Assembly (NCBI RefSeq): GCF_037042905.1
Contig: NC_087245.1
Location: forward strand, 25,236,001 to 25,300,000
DNA: 64,000 bases
Reading direction: 5' to 3'
From: Lytechinus pictus
Lineage: Eukaryota
Position 1 is the first letter of the stretch; the number at the start of each line of letters is the position of its first letter. The translations under genes were made by a program, and so were the position numbers. The notes under the pieces are model-generated. The model ran no database searches and was not told the DNA's origin. It saw only the letters and a list, made by a program, of their open reading frames with translations. Below are positions 41,303 through 52,536 of this stretch, one piece after another.

Positions 41303-42508
41303 AAGTTTACTTCCCTCAGCATATATCATGTAGAGTTAGCACCTCTTTCCCTTTAATGTAGAGTAATAATAGCAGGGTAAATGACACTTAAAGGTTACTT
41401 AACCAATGATGGCAAATAGAAAAAGAAAAGGATATATCGGGAGAAAGAAAGGAGGCAGAGAGAGAGAGAGAGAGTCTGCAAGATGGAAGAACAGGAATCA
41501 TACGATTAAAATACCACTACATTCCAGTCTGCCGAGCATACAAAGCGACAGCCTTGCCAAGGGCCTTCCTAGGCTTGCATGCATCCATACATGTATGCAA
41601 GCTGGGGAGAATTCCCTCATGAATATTCACCAGCTAGCCTGGGGATATTAAAGGGGAGGGGCCTGGATGAATAAGTTTTATTCTAGTCATCAGCAAGCTA
41701 GTTGATTGGTGGATATACTTTTATTGCGACATGGTGGAGTTCATAAGTGAAGTTGTTATGAAATGATTGTAGAATAGATCTGCTAAATGTTTTTCATAAG
41801 AAATGCATATAAAACCTTATTATTAAAAGAGCCAATATTTAATAAATTAAATTTGCTTAAGATTCTTAGTGTATCCTTAGATAAATCAGTAATTAGATAT
41901 TTAAAGAAAGGGTTATTTGGTATCTCATTTTTGTTGAAAGAGGCTCCAATTATGTAGGCCGGCTGACATGGTACAGTTCCAAACTGAATATTCATGATGT
42001 ACAAATATGATGAATACATAGGGGCCTACTTGTGCTTGACTTGAAAATATAAATTAGAATTGAAATATGGATTTGGAAATGAGGCAGTGAGTAACTTAAA
42101 GAAAAAAAATTATACTAAACTATTAAATAATTTATGGATGCTGCTTAAAACGTTGTAAGATAATACTCTAACTATAAGCCTGTAGCCAATCGCTGAAATC
42201 TAATTACAGAAATTAAGCATATAGTATTTGCTGCTACATTTGACATAGATATATGGGTGAACAAAAAAAAACCCAATGATTTCTTAACAATTGGCTAAGT
42301 TTATGAAGCATGTAAGGAAATATCTCTATGAATATTCATAGTGGTAGTATTGTAATAAGGTTGGGGACGGAGTCAGCTACAAAGTGATCACCCGTAAACA
42401 GAAGGCCTACTGAGCATATACCATTGCAGTATTATCTGTGTAGAATGGAATATTGGATGGGAAGAAATGTGTAAATATGATACAGAAGTGCAAGACAACT
42501 TAGATTAA

Positions 42509-42566
42509 GTAAGCGCTTAGAAACTGTATTGTATTAAGCGCTATATAAAAGCTCCATATTATTATT
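42509..42566 (+). mobile_element. SINE/LINE (L2-type) 3' tail remnant
   Basis: aagcgcttag...taagcgctatataaa...tattattatt: a stem-loop plus microsatellite tail. Confidence 0.55.
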
Positions 42567-43094
42567 AAGTAAAATTAGCCATATATGGAGAAGAAAATGT
42601 GAAGCATATAGGTCATAATGCAAATTGTTACCCTTTTTTGTTTATTCGAAAGAAGTAGCATTTGTCGAACCAGGTTTGATTATCATAAAGCTGTATTTAA
42701 TCAGTATGTTCAATTTTAAACTTGTCATAAACAGAGAGAGAAAAGAATGTAGGCCTAAATAATATAGACAGTTTATGAAGTGTATGATAAGAGAAGGGGG
42801 TGGGTTGGTGCACAAACATGTGAGATCTCGGGCAGAAATTAAATATTGAAATTATGAATTGAGCACTATTAGCCCAAGGACATTTGGCTTGTCTTGTTAA
42901 CCCATGTGCATCTATGCAGTCCAATGAAATATATATCAATGTGAAGAAAAATGTAAAGATGTGTGGTTTAGGCCTGTAGGAAGATGAAAGGGAATTCATA
43001 TACCATGCATGCCTTGAGACAAATTGTATTAAAATTTTATGTTTTATCATACTAACCAAGGAGTGCAGAACATGATATTGTAATATATTAGCAT

Positions 43095-43244
43095 AAATAT
43101 TCCCCAATCTAAATACTGAGTGCCAAGCTCGAAGCAAGAAAAACCTAGTTATTAATATTAGAGAATGGTATGACTGAGCCTAGGCTTGAACCTGTGACCT
43201 GTTCATGAGTTGGGTACTCTACCACCGAGCCAACCTGTGCGGTC
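43095..43244 (-). mobile_element. Degenerate tRNA-derived SINE 5' part
   Basis: Reverse strand gaccg...TGGCTCGGTGGTAGAG (A box)...GGTTCAAGCC (B box)...agtcatacca...gcttggcactcagta. Confidence 0.6.
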
Positions 43245-43348
43245 AAACAAAAAGTTGTAGATTAGAGGAAGAGGGGGAGAGAATAGTGAGGAGGATGGGA
43301 AGGGGGGAAGTTGATCAGGGGACTATTTTATAGAGAGTTACAACTATT

Positions 43349-43560
43349 GGGCAATTCTGTAAAATAATCAACCCTTTTGTACGTCCAACCCCCATTTTTT
43401 CTCAATTCTTCTTTCACTACATAAACTGACCAAGTCATGGTCAATTGACAGTGTTACAGACTGTCAAAAGAACCAGAAATAAGAGAAAGAAAAGGAAAAG
43501 AAAAGGTAGATCACATACACTGTACATGGGGTCAGATGTGTATATTTTAAGGAATTGCCC
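43349..43560. mobile_element. Nested MITE with a 4-bp TSD (superfamily uncertain, Sola-like?)
   Basis: TIRs GGGCAATTCTGTAAAATA / TATTTTAAGGAATTGCCC (16/18 match) and TSD TATT (43345-43348, 43561-43564). Confidence 0.8.
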
Positions 43561-43668
43561 TATTATAACTTTGCCATTAAAGCAAGAACCACGGAAACAT
43601 ATGTAGCTTAGCAGCCAATCACAGTCAAGGTTACCATGGTAGTCACAATAATGACAAAGTTACAACAG

Positions 43669-43823
43669 GGGCCTGTTGCACAAAACGTTTTACCTAAGAA
43701 AACTCTGGTAAAAACTGAAAACTAAGGTTAGTCTGATTTCTGCCATTGACTTTAACACAGGGCAAAAACTCTGGTAAAAACAACCTGAGTTTTCTCAGGT
43801 AAAAAGTTTTATGCAACGGGCCC
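43669..43823. mobile_element. Nested Harbinger-like MITE (155 bp)
   Basis: TIRs GGGCCTGTTGCACAAAAC / GTTTTATGCAACGGGCCC (16/18 match) and TSD CAG (43666-43668, 43824-43826). Confidence 0.85.
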
Positions 43824-44455
43824 CAGTTGTAACTCTTTATGAAACAGGCCCCTGATCAGTGAACCACTCGTAATCCATGAGTGACCAAGCGCATCACAAA
43901 TCAAATCACATGACCAGCGGTATCTTCTGAAGATATTAACTGATTATAATGAGATGGTTCTGAGTCAATGTCACAAGGTCTACATGTAAACTGCAAATAA
44001 AAAGTAAATATACCCGATACGTGAGGCTTTCATTTTCAATGTTTTCTATTTCATAGATTGAGACTTTAAGAAAATTATATCTTGCGACAAAGGGTTTCAT
44101 ATTCATTATTGAATCCTTCTATTTCACTTAATAATTATCACATTCTCTGCAATGATTGAAGAGAGGTACATGTAATTTACTCAAAATTGGATGATAAAGG
44201 CATAGCCATGTCCATTAGGTATTGAATGTATTAGGTATAAAGCATGTGTTATGGGTGATTTTACACATTACGTTTAATTTAAACCATATTTGGCATTTAT
44301 TTACCCATGAAACAAACATGTACAGCCCCTTTCGACCCATTTATGGTCGAGCCTCTTTCATGTGTACGTCAAATATTTGGCCTATGATTTTCTATAATTT
44401 CTTCTGAGTCGTATAGCTCAGGACATACTTATATCAATTTAAACCACATGACTTA

Positions 44456-44649
44456 CCGTCCTTTCACACAGTAACATAATCGTAATTTGAATGATGATTC
44501 CAGTGAAAAATTAGGCTGATGACGAATATATTTAGCACCTGTGAAACCAAACTAGGACATGATTCGAATCACAAATGCTAATCACAGTCACGATTACAAT
44601 AGCAATCATCATTACAATGATGATTTAAGATTCATGTGTGAAAAGGCCC
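44456..44649. mobile_element. Degenerate Harbinger-like MITE (194 bp)
   Basis: Termini CCGTCCTTTCACACA / TGTGTGAAAAGGCCC (11/15 match), TTA on both flanks, and internal atgatt/aatcat repeats resembling the 3841 element. Confidence 0.6.
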
Positions 44650-44929
44650 TTATGTATATGTGGCTTGAAGAAGAATTTGAGGAGCATCAAAAGAAAATAT
44701 AAATGTTTACCTATTTCTCTCTATCTGGCAATCTCAATTTGTTCATTATTCATTCAGCACAAAAGGAATGGGTCGTTTAATTACAGGTATTCAAACCCTG
44801 CAGGTGTATGGACATTGATATTGTATTGTAGGTCACCACAGAGTAGCTTCTAGTCTGACACGAGATACTGAATGACAAATCTAAACAGCCAATATTTATT
44901 TATCAACAGCAGTGCAGTGGATTTGGCCT

Positions 44930-45420
44930 AGCTAGCACGAGCCATGTGTTCTGAACAGGAGATTGTAGCTGAGCAGATCGCCAGTGGAGCACTCAATACC
45001 ACTTCCCGGCTATAATTAGACCATATCTCCCACTTTCTCTCCTTCTCTTACTCTCTCCCTTCATTCTTAAACCGCTCGGTTGTGGGGAGAGCAAAGCTCG
45101 TTAACGAGTCCAACGAGAAATCCAATTTTGCGTGGTATCCCCAGGATCGGCGACGCCGTACAGGGAACATGCGTGGGCCAGGTGAGGCAGTGAATTCTAG
45201 GCCAATTTTGACTCAGCGTGTCGGAGTGTAAATTGTTCCACCACATACCTTGATGGGATTTTATTAGTCATACACCAAGGGTGCGTGTGTGGATCTCCCT
45301 CGGAAAGGTTCAAGTTGAAGTTTTAGACTCGACAGAAATTTATGTTTACCATTACACCAGACACATTCGTGGCTCTACGTCATTGCAGTTCAGCTCAAGG
45401 ATGTGTGCGCCTTGCATTAA
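44930..45420 (+). promoter_or_regulatory. CpG-enriched island, candidate internal promoter or alternative first exon ending at the donor CAG|gtgagg (45181)
   Basis: Local rise in GC and CpG, TATA-like ctataatt at ~45010, a CT-rich leader, and ATG CGT GGG CCA G|gtgagg. Confidence 0.4.
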
Positions 45421-48330
45421 TTTGTAAACACTAACTGTAAGAGAAGATTTTAGCTCATTACGGAATGTACCACTGGATATAATGGAAGTTTATGAAACCG
45501 ATGAGTAAGTATGATGCATTGCTTTAACATTGCAAATAGTTGCGATTGCATCCCTGGAATGCGATATGTTCGGAATGTACGATGCAAGTATCGTGGTTGC
45601 AAACAGATTCTTATCGAATTGTCACATTCAGGGAATACAAACTTTTTAAAGCTCTACTGGCAAGCTGGTCAAGTTACATGTATGTCGTTAACCAAGAAAG
45701 TTGATAATGATTCTGATTGGGTTTAATATGGCTTGTAATCTGAATGTCTGTAATCTTTTGTTTTAAAATAGTGTGTAATTATTTTCACAGTTCCATTTCT
45801 TGTTCAATTTTATCAATGTTTAAAAGATTTAGGCCATTCAAGATTGTTAAGGTGGATGATAATTTGATTGACAGTTGTTTCCTGTATATAAAATGTGGAT
45901 AAGATGTCATAAGATGATATATGCTTTGCTCTATTAAAAAGATAAAAATAGCTTAATGTGTTAAAGGGAATTTCCCTTTTAAAGGGAATTTCCCTTTATT
46001 ACCAACCTTTGACAAATAATTTTCTTTTAGTACAGTTGATGATGATAATTATCATGGTTGACCATCAAAAACAATAGTCATTGCATGGCAATATAGTGAT
46101 ATATGCAGCTTCGTGTATGCCAGTTGTTCCTATGCAGTCGGCCACTTGTGTCAATACTTTTCATTTAAAGATATTTAAACCAAAAAAAAACATTGTGAAA
46201 CTAATATGCTCTCCCACAGTGAGATTGCAAAGAAATATATTTATCTACTACCATTGTATTTTGCTGGAATGGATGAAATATTGATTTTTTACTCAGATTT
46301 CTCGTTTTCAGCTGGCAAAGTGGTTTTGTGCAATTACGTTGACATCCCTGATGACACCAATCAACGTCAACACAATAGAGCAATGCTGTTGCAATTTTTC
46401 ACAGCAGCTACATCTGCCATCATGTGATGGTCATTGTTGCTATGGAAACATGATTTACTCAGTCAATACCCCATAGATACTGAATAATGAATACACCTTT
46501 TATTCAGATTAAATTCATTGTGCCGTGGTTAAGTATACCTGCGTACAGGGATGTATCAAGCTGCACATTGTAATGTTTCATATTCTGAATCATTTTAGGA
46601 CTATAATTATATCATGAAATCATTTGCTTATGTCTAAGGTCTTCAACGAGTAAGTAAGATGTATTTCTTGAATTTATGAGCTATTTAATCTACTTACACA
46701 AAATACATTTATGAGTTTAATTTGAAGAGTTCATATTCAGTTTAATTTCATTTTTCTAGAGTTAAATAATCTTATTACATTATTTTTTTAAATTGTAAAT
46801 GTATGTTAGTTCAGTGTGTTGTACTTTGTTTAAAGTCTCATTTTATTGTGATGCCTGGTCCTTTGATAATCAGTTGAGGGCTACATGTATTCTGTGAGCA
46901 TAAAACTGAAAGAAATCAAAAGTAAATTAATATTCATTATTACTAGAATAAAGTTCAATGCTAGATGGTGAAAGATGTTGAGTCGGCATTTAACAGAGCG
47001 ATATCGGACGATCTGCTTTGCATAACAAGAGATTATAACTATACAATAGGTGATGATTTTCAACCATGAAATCTTTATGCTAATGGCCTTATGAATGTTT
47101 CAATCAATATTTGCTGTGCAAACGAATAGAGAGTCAGGAGATATATGTTTGCATCTTGACAGCCAGTATGCCTATATATTGGTCCTGTGTAACTTTTCCC
47201 ATATTGACAGTATAATATGTGCTTTGACATAACCTTTGAACACACTGCAATATTTATAGTAATGGTGCGATAGATTTCAGTAGAATCTGTGACAGAAGAG
47301 ATGAATATTGACATATTAATATAAAGTAATCGGACTTGCAAAACTTAACATTATGTGAATTGTGGTTATTGTGATGGTTCTTTTATCCACCTGATTTGAA
47401 ATTGGATGTGACCAACAAGGTAAACGGAATAACCAAAATCATGATTTAATGTTGAAAAATAAACAAAAATATACACACAAATATAATGTGATTGGTCACA
47501 CTTTAGCTCACTCACTTATCAAGGGCAATGACTATAAAATGTGACTTTCTGTTGAACCAAACTTTTTCGCTGATACGAATGAAGTTTGAATGTTTATATT
47601 AAAATGAAAATGGTTGCACGTGAATGAGAAGATCACTGGTGTTTTGTCAGTCACATACCTCAATGTATGGAGGATATTGCTAACATGTCTTTGGAACTGA
47701 CATAACATTAAGTACTGTCATTCACTCCATGAAAATCATACATAGATCTGTTCCAAGTGTAATCTGGTCACCCTTGAGATTCTAAATTGATTGAAGATTG
47801 GGAATATATTCTTCAAGTCTGTGAAACAGTACTGACATTTTTTTTTGCCAGCAAATGAAACAAGCTAATAATTGCCATCATGATTACTGCCATTGTTGGT
47901 GAGGTATACGTGCATGCCTATCAAGTGGATTGTGAAAGAACATTATGAAGCTAGGACCAGATGCCTTAGCAGCAGATGTCCAATTCTTGATAAGCATGCT
48001 TCAATGGTGTGACCTTTACTCTGCCAACATCCTCCAGTTGGAGTTAATGTAGAAGGTGATATCTAATGTTTTTAATGAATTAAAAACATATGATTGATCA
48101 AAGCCAATCAGGTAAAGAGGGAAAAAGTATGACATTATTTGCTTAGAGTGCTATGATTCTGTTTACTTCCATCTAATGGTCATTTCTATCTTCATTTGTC
48201 GTCTCCCAAATTTCGTTCACCCAAACTGGATTAATATTTTCACCTTTCATTGTGGTACTTGTAAATGCAAGTTGAAATTATAAAGTTTAATGTGTTTTGT
48301 TTTGTTTCTCTTGTGTTCTTCTTGCTTCAG

Positions 48331-48452
48331 GTTACGTCGTTCCGAGACCGAGGATACAGCAGATGCAGCAGACCGGCTGATAGCAAGGCATCGGAGGAGG
48401 AAGAGCAGCGTGGACAGTTCTAGTGATGTCTTTGACTCGCCTCATAGAAGTG
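48331..48452 (+). CDS. SVIL: Supervillin-like coding exon (122 nt, phase 2 to 1): LRRSETEDTADAADRLIARHRRRKSSVDSSSDVFDSPHRS
   Basis: Strong polypyrimidine acceptor tcttcttgcttcag|G and donor G|gtatgg. The frame continues from 31128 or 36684. Confidence 0.85.
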
Positions 48453-49840
48453 GTATGGAAACCTTCAGAAATTCATTCCAGATTTCTATTTGCATTAAAA
48501 GCTACTTTTGAGTGGTAACTGTCATTTTGCCAATTTGAATGAGATCTTACAATGGTAAATTATCATGGTTTTCTTGATATTTATTGGCTGCTTAGATGTG
48601 TAACTATGGTGCATTTAGTATAGGATTATTACGCAATGGTACCAATCACATTCAAGCTACTGTATATGGAGAAGAAATTTGTTTTGAGGCATGTCCTTAG
48701 TTCAGGCCTTTGAAATACATTTAGCGTCGGGCTTTACTTCAGGTATTCTCTTCATGAAATATTTATCTCTACATTATATTCAAGTCGTTATGTTGATTCC
48801 AATGGAGGTTTGGATTCCTTATAAAGGAAGTTTTTTGTTGTGTAAACTAAAATGGAAGAATAAAGTCAAGTAACAATTTTCTTGAAATATCAATATTTAT
48901 TGCATTTATTCTTTGATAAGCTATCTGTAGTTTTGAAAGGAAAAGAAAATTATTAGGGTAATTGTTTTATAAAATTATCAGTATAATTACCTGAAGAATG
49001 AAAGGTAGCAAGTGATCAAAGTTTTAAAAGTATTAGTTCCAGTTTTGGGGATAGATTTTGTAATTTCACTGCTTATTAAGTTCCATGCAACTCATATTGC
49101 ACTGCATTGGTATTTGTTTGAGGAAATTGAATTAAGCAAAGTTGTAGAAATTGCTGGTCTGTGAATAATCGATGTGCTTATGAAAAGCTAGTCAAGCCTT
49201 GCCCGATGACCTTTCCATCAGAAATGTTTAGGAGTTCATCAACATACGTAAGTGTGTAGGACATCATCCTTTAAAGATTCTTGTTTAAATACATGTAGAA
49301 GGTAGTTCAATTAACATTCACCTTTATCATTGTATTTCTTGATACAGTTTCTAGTTTATGGTAGAAAATATAAGAAGTAATTTGTGCTCATCAAATTTGC
49401 ACCCTGAATGTGCAAACATATCTTATTGTCAAGATTCTCCAAATGTAAGACACAATTAAAATGTTTGAAACTATACTGAATTCTGATTTCAAATTATGTA
49501 TGTTCTATATAAAACCAATATTTATCTAACAATATTGATTTTTGTCCCTTCAAAATACTATTGACTCAGGTCAGTCAGTTTATTGACATTAACTCATCTG
49601 ACCTCAACAAAAAAAATCAATACATTTAGTAAGCTCATGCTAAGATAGTATAAACAGGAATCTGTTTGATATGTGTTACCCAAAGGTCAAAATAAGAAGT
49701 CTCCTAATGCTATGGATAGGATTTTTCAGTATTTCTATTTTGGTCATAAGCTACATGTTTATGTGGTTGCCTTGCTAAACTGACTTTCCACAAAGTCTGC
49801 TTTTGCCAAATTTTGGTTTCTATACATTGGTTTAATGAAG

Positions 49841-49975
49841 GTCCAGTGGTAAAGTCTCTGAACTGTGGCCATAAGGTGTAGTGTTCAGAACCCTGTTACA
49901 GCTCATATGTGTTTTGGCTAAACACTAATGCAAAATCTACCAATCTTCACCAAGGGGAATTAGATGGGATGCTTT
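49841..49975 (+). mobile_element. Highly degenerate tRNA-derived SINE head
   Basis: GTCCAGTGGTAAAG (A-box-like)...GTGTTCAGAACC (B-box-like), followed by a core-like caccaagggg...atggg. Confidence 0.35.
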
Positions 49976-51112
49976 TGTGAATTATCATTTTCAGTGGAAC
50001 GTGTGCCGCTAACAGTTTTCACAGATCTATCCAAAGTAAAGATTTCCAGGGAATATTTAACATTTTTTAAAGTTAGAAATAACTCTTTGAATGATTGGTA
50101 TCTATACATGTACCAAGCAAAATATGACAATATAATGCCAAAGTCAATTGAATAGATATTGATAAACATTATTAAAATTGATAAGTATATTTTTTCAAAT
50201 CACATAGTTTGTAAAATTTAAATGAATGTTTTGTAATAGAGTAATATTTCGGTAAGCCTTCTGTAAAGAATTTGAATTCACATTTTAGCACTTGATATTT
50301 CAATTGTCCATGAGGACTGAAGTAATGCACAACCTCAGAACAGCTTTATGAAATATCCCCAAACACTTTTTGTTGCTGGGCAACCTTGTATCTCTAATTA
50401 AAATAAAAATCGGGGTAGCTCAGGAAAAAGCTGTATTGGCAACCTCATATTGTCTGAAACATCAGTCTCCAAATTCCTGAAGAGAACACTTTGTAGGCAA
50501 AGAAGGTTGCTACTAATATTTCTCTAAAAACCTAACTTTTTCTGAGCTGTCCTAGGGTTTTTAGACTTTGCGATTAGATTTTTACACCCTTGTGCAGTTA
50601 CATGTGCTGTTTAATGTTTGTAAGTGTTGGATTCTGAAGATATAGATAGAAATTGTAGAACTTCTTTGAGCATTTGAATTCACAAGTTAATTTGGAAGAG
50701 GATATGGCATGTCTCCAAGCTAACCGTAAGAGAATTGTGTGATGCCTTAAAACATCTTGTCTGGTTTCACTCCTCAAAATTTCTTTGGACCATTTCCTCA
50801 TCCAATTATCATGGAGACTCTGATTGAATGTGGAAGTGCTTCAGTACATGCATTTTAAGAGGATTACATAAAATGCCACCCATATTAGTTTTTTATTGAA
50901 TAATGACAGTGGGTTATTTATTGTTATACTTTTCTGTAGTTGAAGTTGAGTTCATTTTTCTTTCTTCTTTGCCATTTCTTTTTGGGGAGGGGGGGGGGAG
51001 GAGTTGTGTGGTTTTCAGTGAAAATATCTTATTTTCAATTACAGAATAAGAAATTTGGATCATGATGAAATAACTTTTGAAATGAGCCTTTTCTCCCTTT
51101 CTTCAAACTCAG

Positions 51113-51247
51113 GCTCTAGAGATCGTCGCCATGACGACTTCAGTGACTCTGACTCTGTAACAAGCTCAGCCTCTGTCGATAGACCAAGCAGACGTCATAT
51201 CAAATCAGAAAGAACAGACATCAGAGAAAGCAGAAGACAAGATAGTC
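51113..51247 (+). CDS. SVIL: Supervillin-like coding exon (135 nt, phase 1/1): SRDRRHDDFSDSDSVTSSASVDRPSRRHIKSERTDIRESRRQDS
   Basis: Acceptor ctttcttcaaactcag|GC and donor C|gtaagt. The phases fit the flanking exons. Confidence 0.85.
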
Positions 51248-51331
51248 GTAAGTATTGATAATAAGATAGATAATTAATAAATAATAATCATTTCAACCTT
51301 TTTAAAGATTTCAATGATTTAAAGACTATTA

Positions 51332-51494
51332 CAGGGGTGTGAGAGTTCAGATTTTTAGCCGATTTACATTTTCAATTTCAGCTTAGTTTTGGATTTCCTC
51401 TATACAAAAAGTATCGGAGCTCATTCTATTTCAGACTTTTTCAACACTCTTCAGCTTTTTCAAATCTTTTTATTTGTAACCACTCACACCCCTG
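51332..51494. mobile_element. Short MITE with CAGGGG termini and 6-bp TSD, copy 2
   Basis: TIRs CAGGGGTGTGAG / CTCACACCCCTG and perfect TSD CTATTA (51326-51331, 51495-51500). Confidence 0.85.
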
Positions 51495-52244
51495 CTATTA
51501 ATGGAGAATGCTAAGTACTCCCTATTAGAAATAACAATTAATCAAAGTTTAAATTTTAACAGTTGTAAAGGCTGTACAGAATTTCTTCTGACATATTTTT
51601 TGCAAGTTTTCATTTTAATTCCTGTAAAAATTCCATGAATGTCTAAAGGAAAATTTATTATAACTTGCAGCGTCAAGTACATCATTGCGATGCCTTCATG
51701 GGGCATAATGTTCCCTAAGATATCATTGTAATATGTCATGAATAACTCTTGAGTTATTAGACATTACTCCTGGGTATTCTTTTTTATTTGGGACAATTAT
51801 AATTTGTACTTGTAGTTGCCTTTTTTTCTACAAAAGTTGTTTTCAAGTTTTATTTCTGTTAGTGTATTGTATTTTGTTGTAATTTAGTTGTGTAAATATT
51901 AGGGTTAAGGATAAGAAGTTAAATAGTCTTCTATTTTAAGGTTGCATGGTAGATATCAATTTTGATGAAGGATGTTGTGCAATTTTACCACACAATGTGT
52001 TGGAATTAATCAAGATAGAGGCATCTGGAAAATATTTGACAGGGATAGAGGATGATCGCAGCGTGAGGTCATCGTCCTTTTAAATATTGACTTTAAATTA
52101 GATCCAGGGCGGATCATCTTCTTCACACATGCACCATATCAAGGAAAGAGGTGTGCACATTCAATTTTGCTGCAGTTATGACACACAAATTGCCTGGTCG
52201 TAAAAAATTGATTTAAGATTGAATGATTTTCATCCCATAAATGC

Positions 52245-52536
52245 ATGCACCCGCACCCAGTCCCAGTATCGGAGCAAGAAGCCAGGGAGAGTATTAGACT
52301 CATGATACAGAACATTAACAACTTATTGGCAGAGGCAAGCAAAGACGACCCTGTAGTCAACGATAAGATCGATACGATCAAACTTAAGAAGGAGGAGGAG
52401 AAAAATCCAGATGATAGCGATAACGACGTTGATGATAACGTCTTTGATATGGAAGACCCAATTGAATCAAATGTTTCTAGAATGGGTGAGAAAAAGTTTT
52501 CGATGACAGTTTTGGTGAAGGATCTGGATGGGATAC
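52245..52536 (+). CDS. Candidate alternative first coding exon (MHPHPVPVSEQEARESIRLMIQNINNLLAEASKDD...KDLDGI) with a putative GC donor
   Basis: Protein-like composition in an AT-rich intron, with an in-frame stop at 52224 just before the ATG. C|gcaagt at 52537 is phase 1 and compatible with the acceptor at 55358. Confidence 0.55.

Larger units (their letters stand above)
43319..43851. mobile_element. Harbinger-like MITE (outer element) containing two nested insertions
   Basis: Left end GGGACTATTTTATAGAGAGTTACAACT matches the reverse complement of the right end AGTTGTAACTCTTTATGAAACAGGCCC. Flanks are CAG and CTG. Confidence 0.75.

Noticed and set aside
50400..50565. Degenerate inverted repeat (agctcaggaaaaag / ctttttctgagct)
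   Set aside because: It is probably an old MITE, but the ends and TSD could not be defined.
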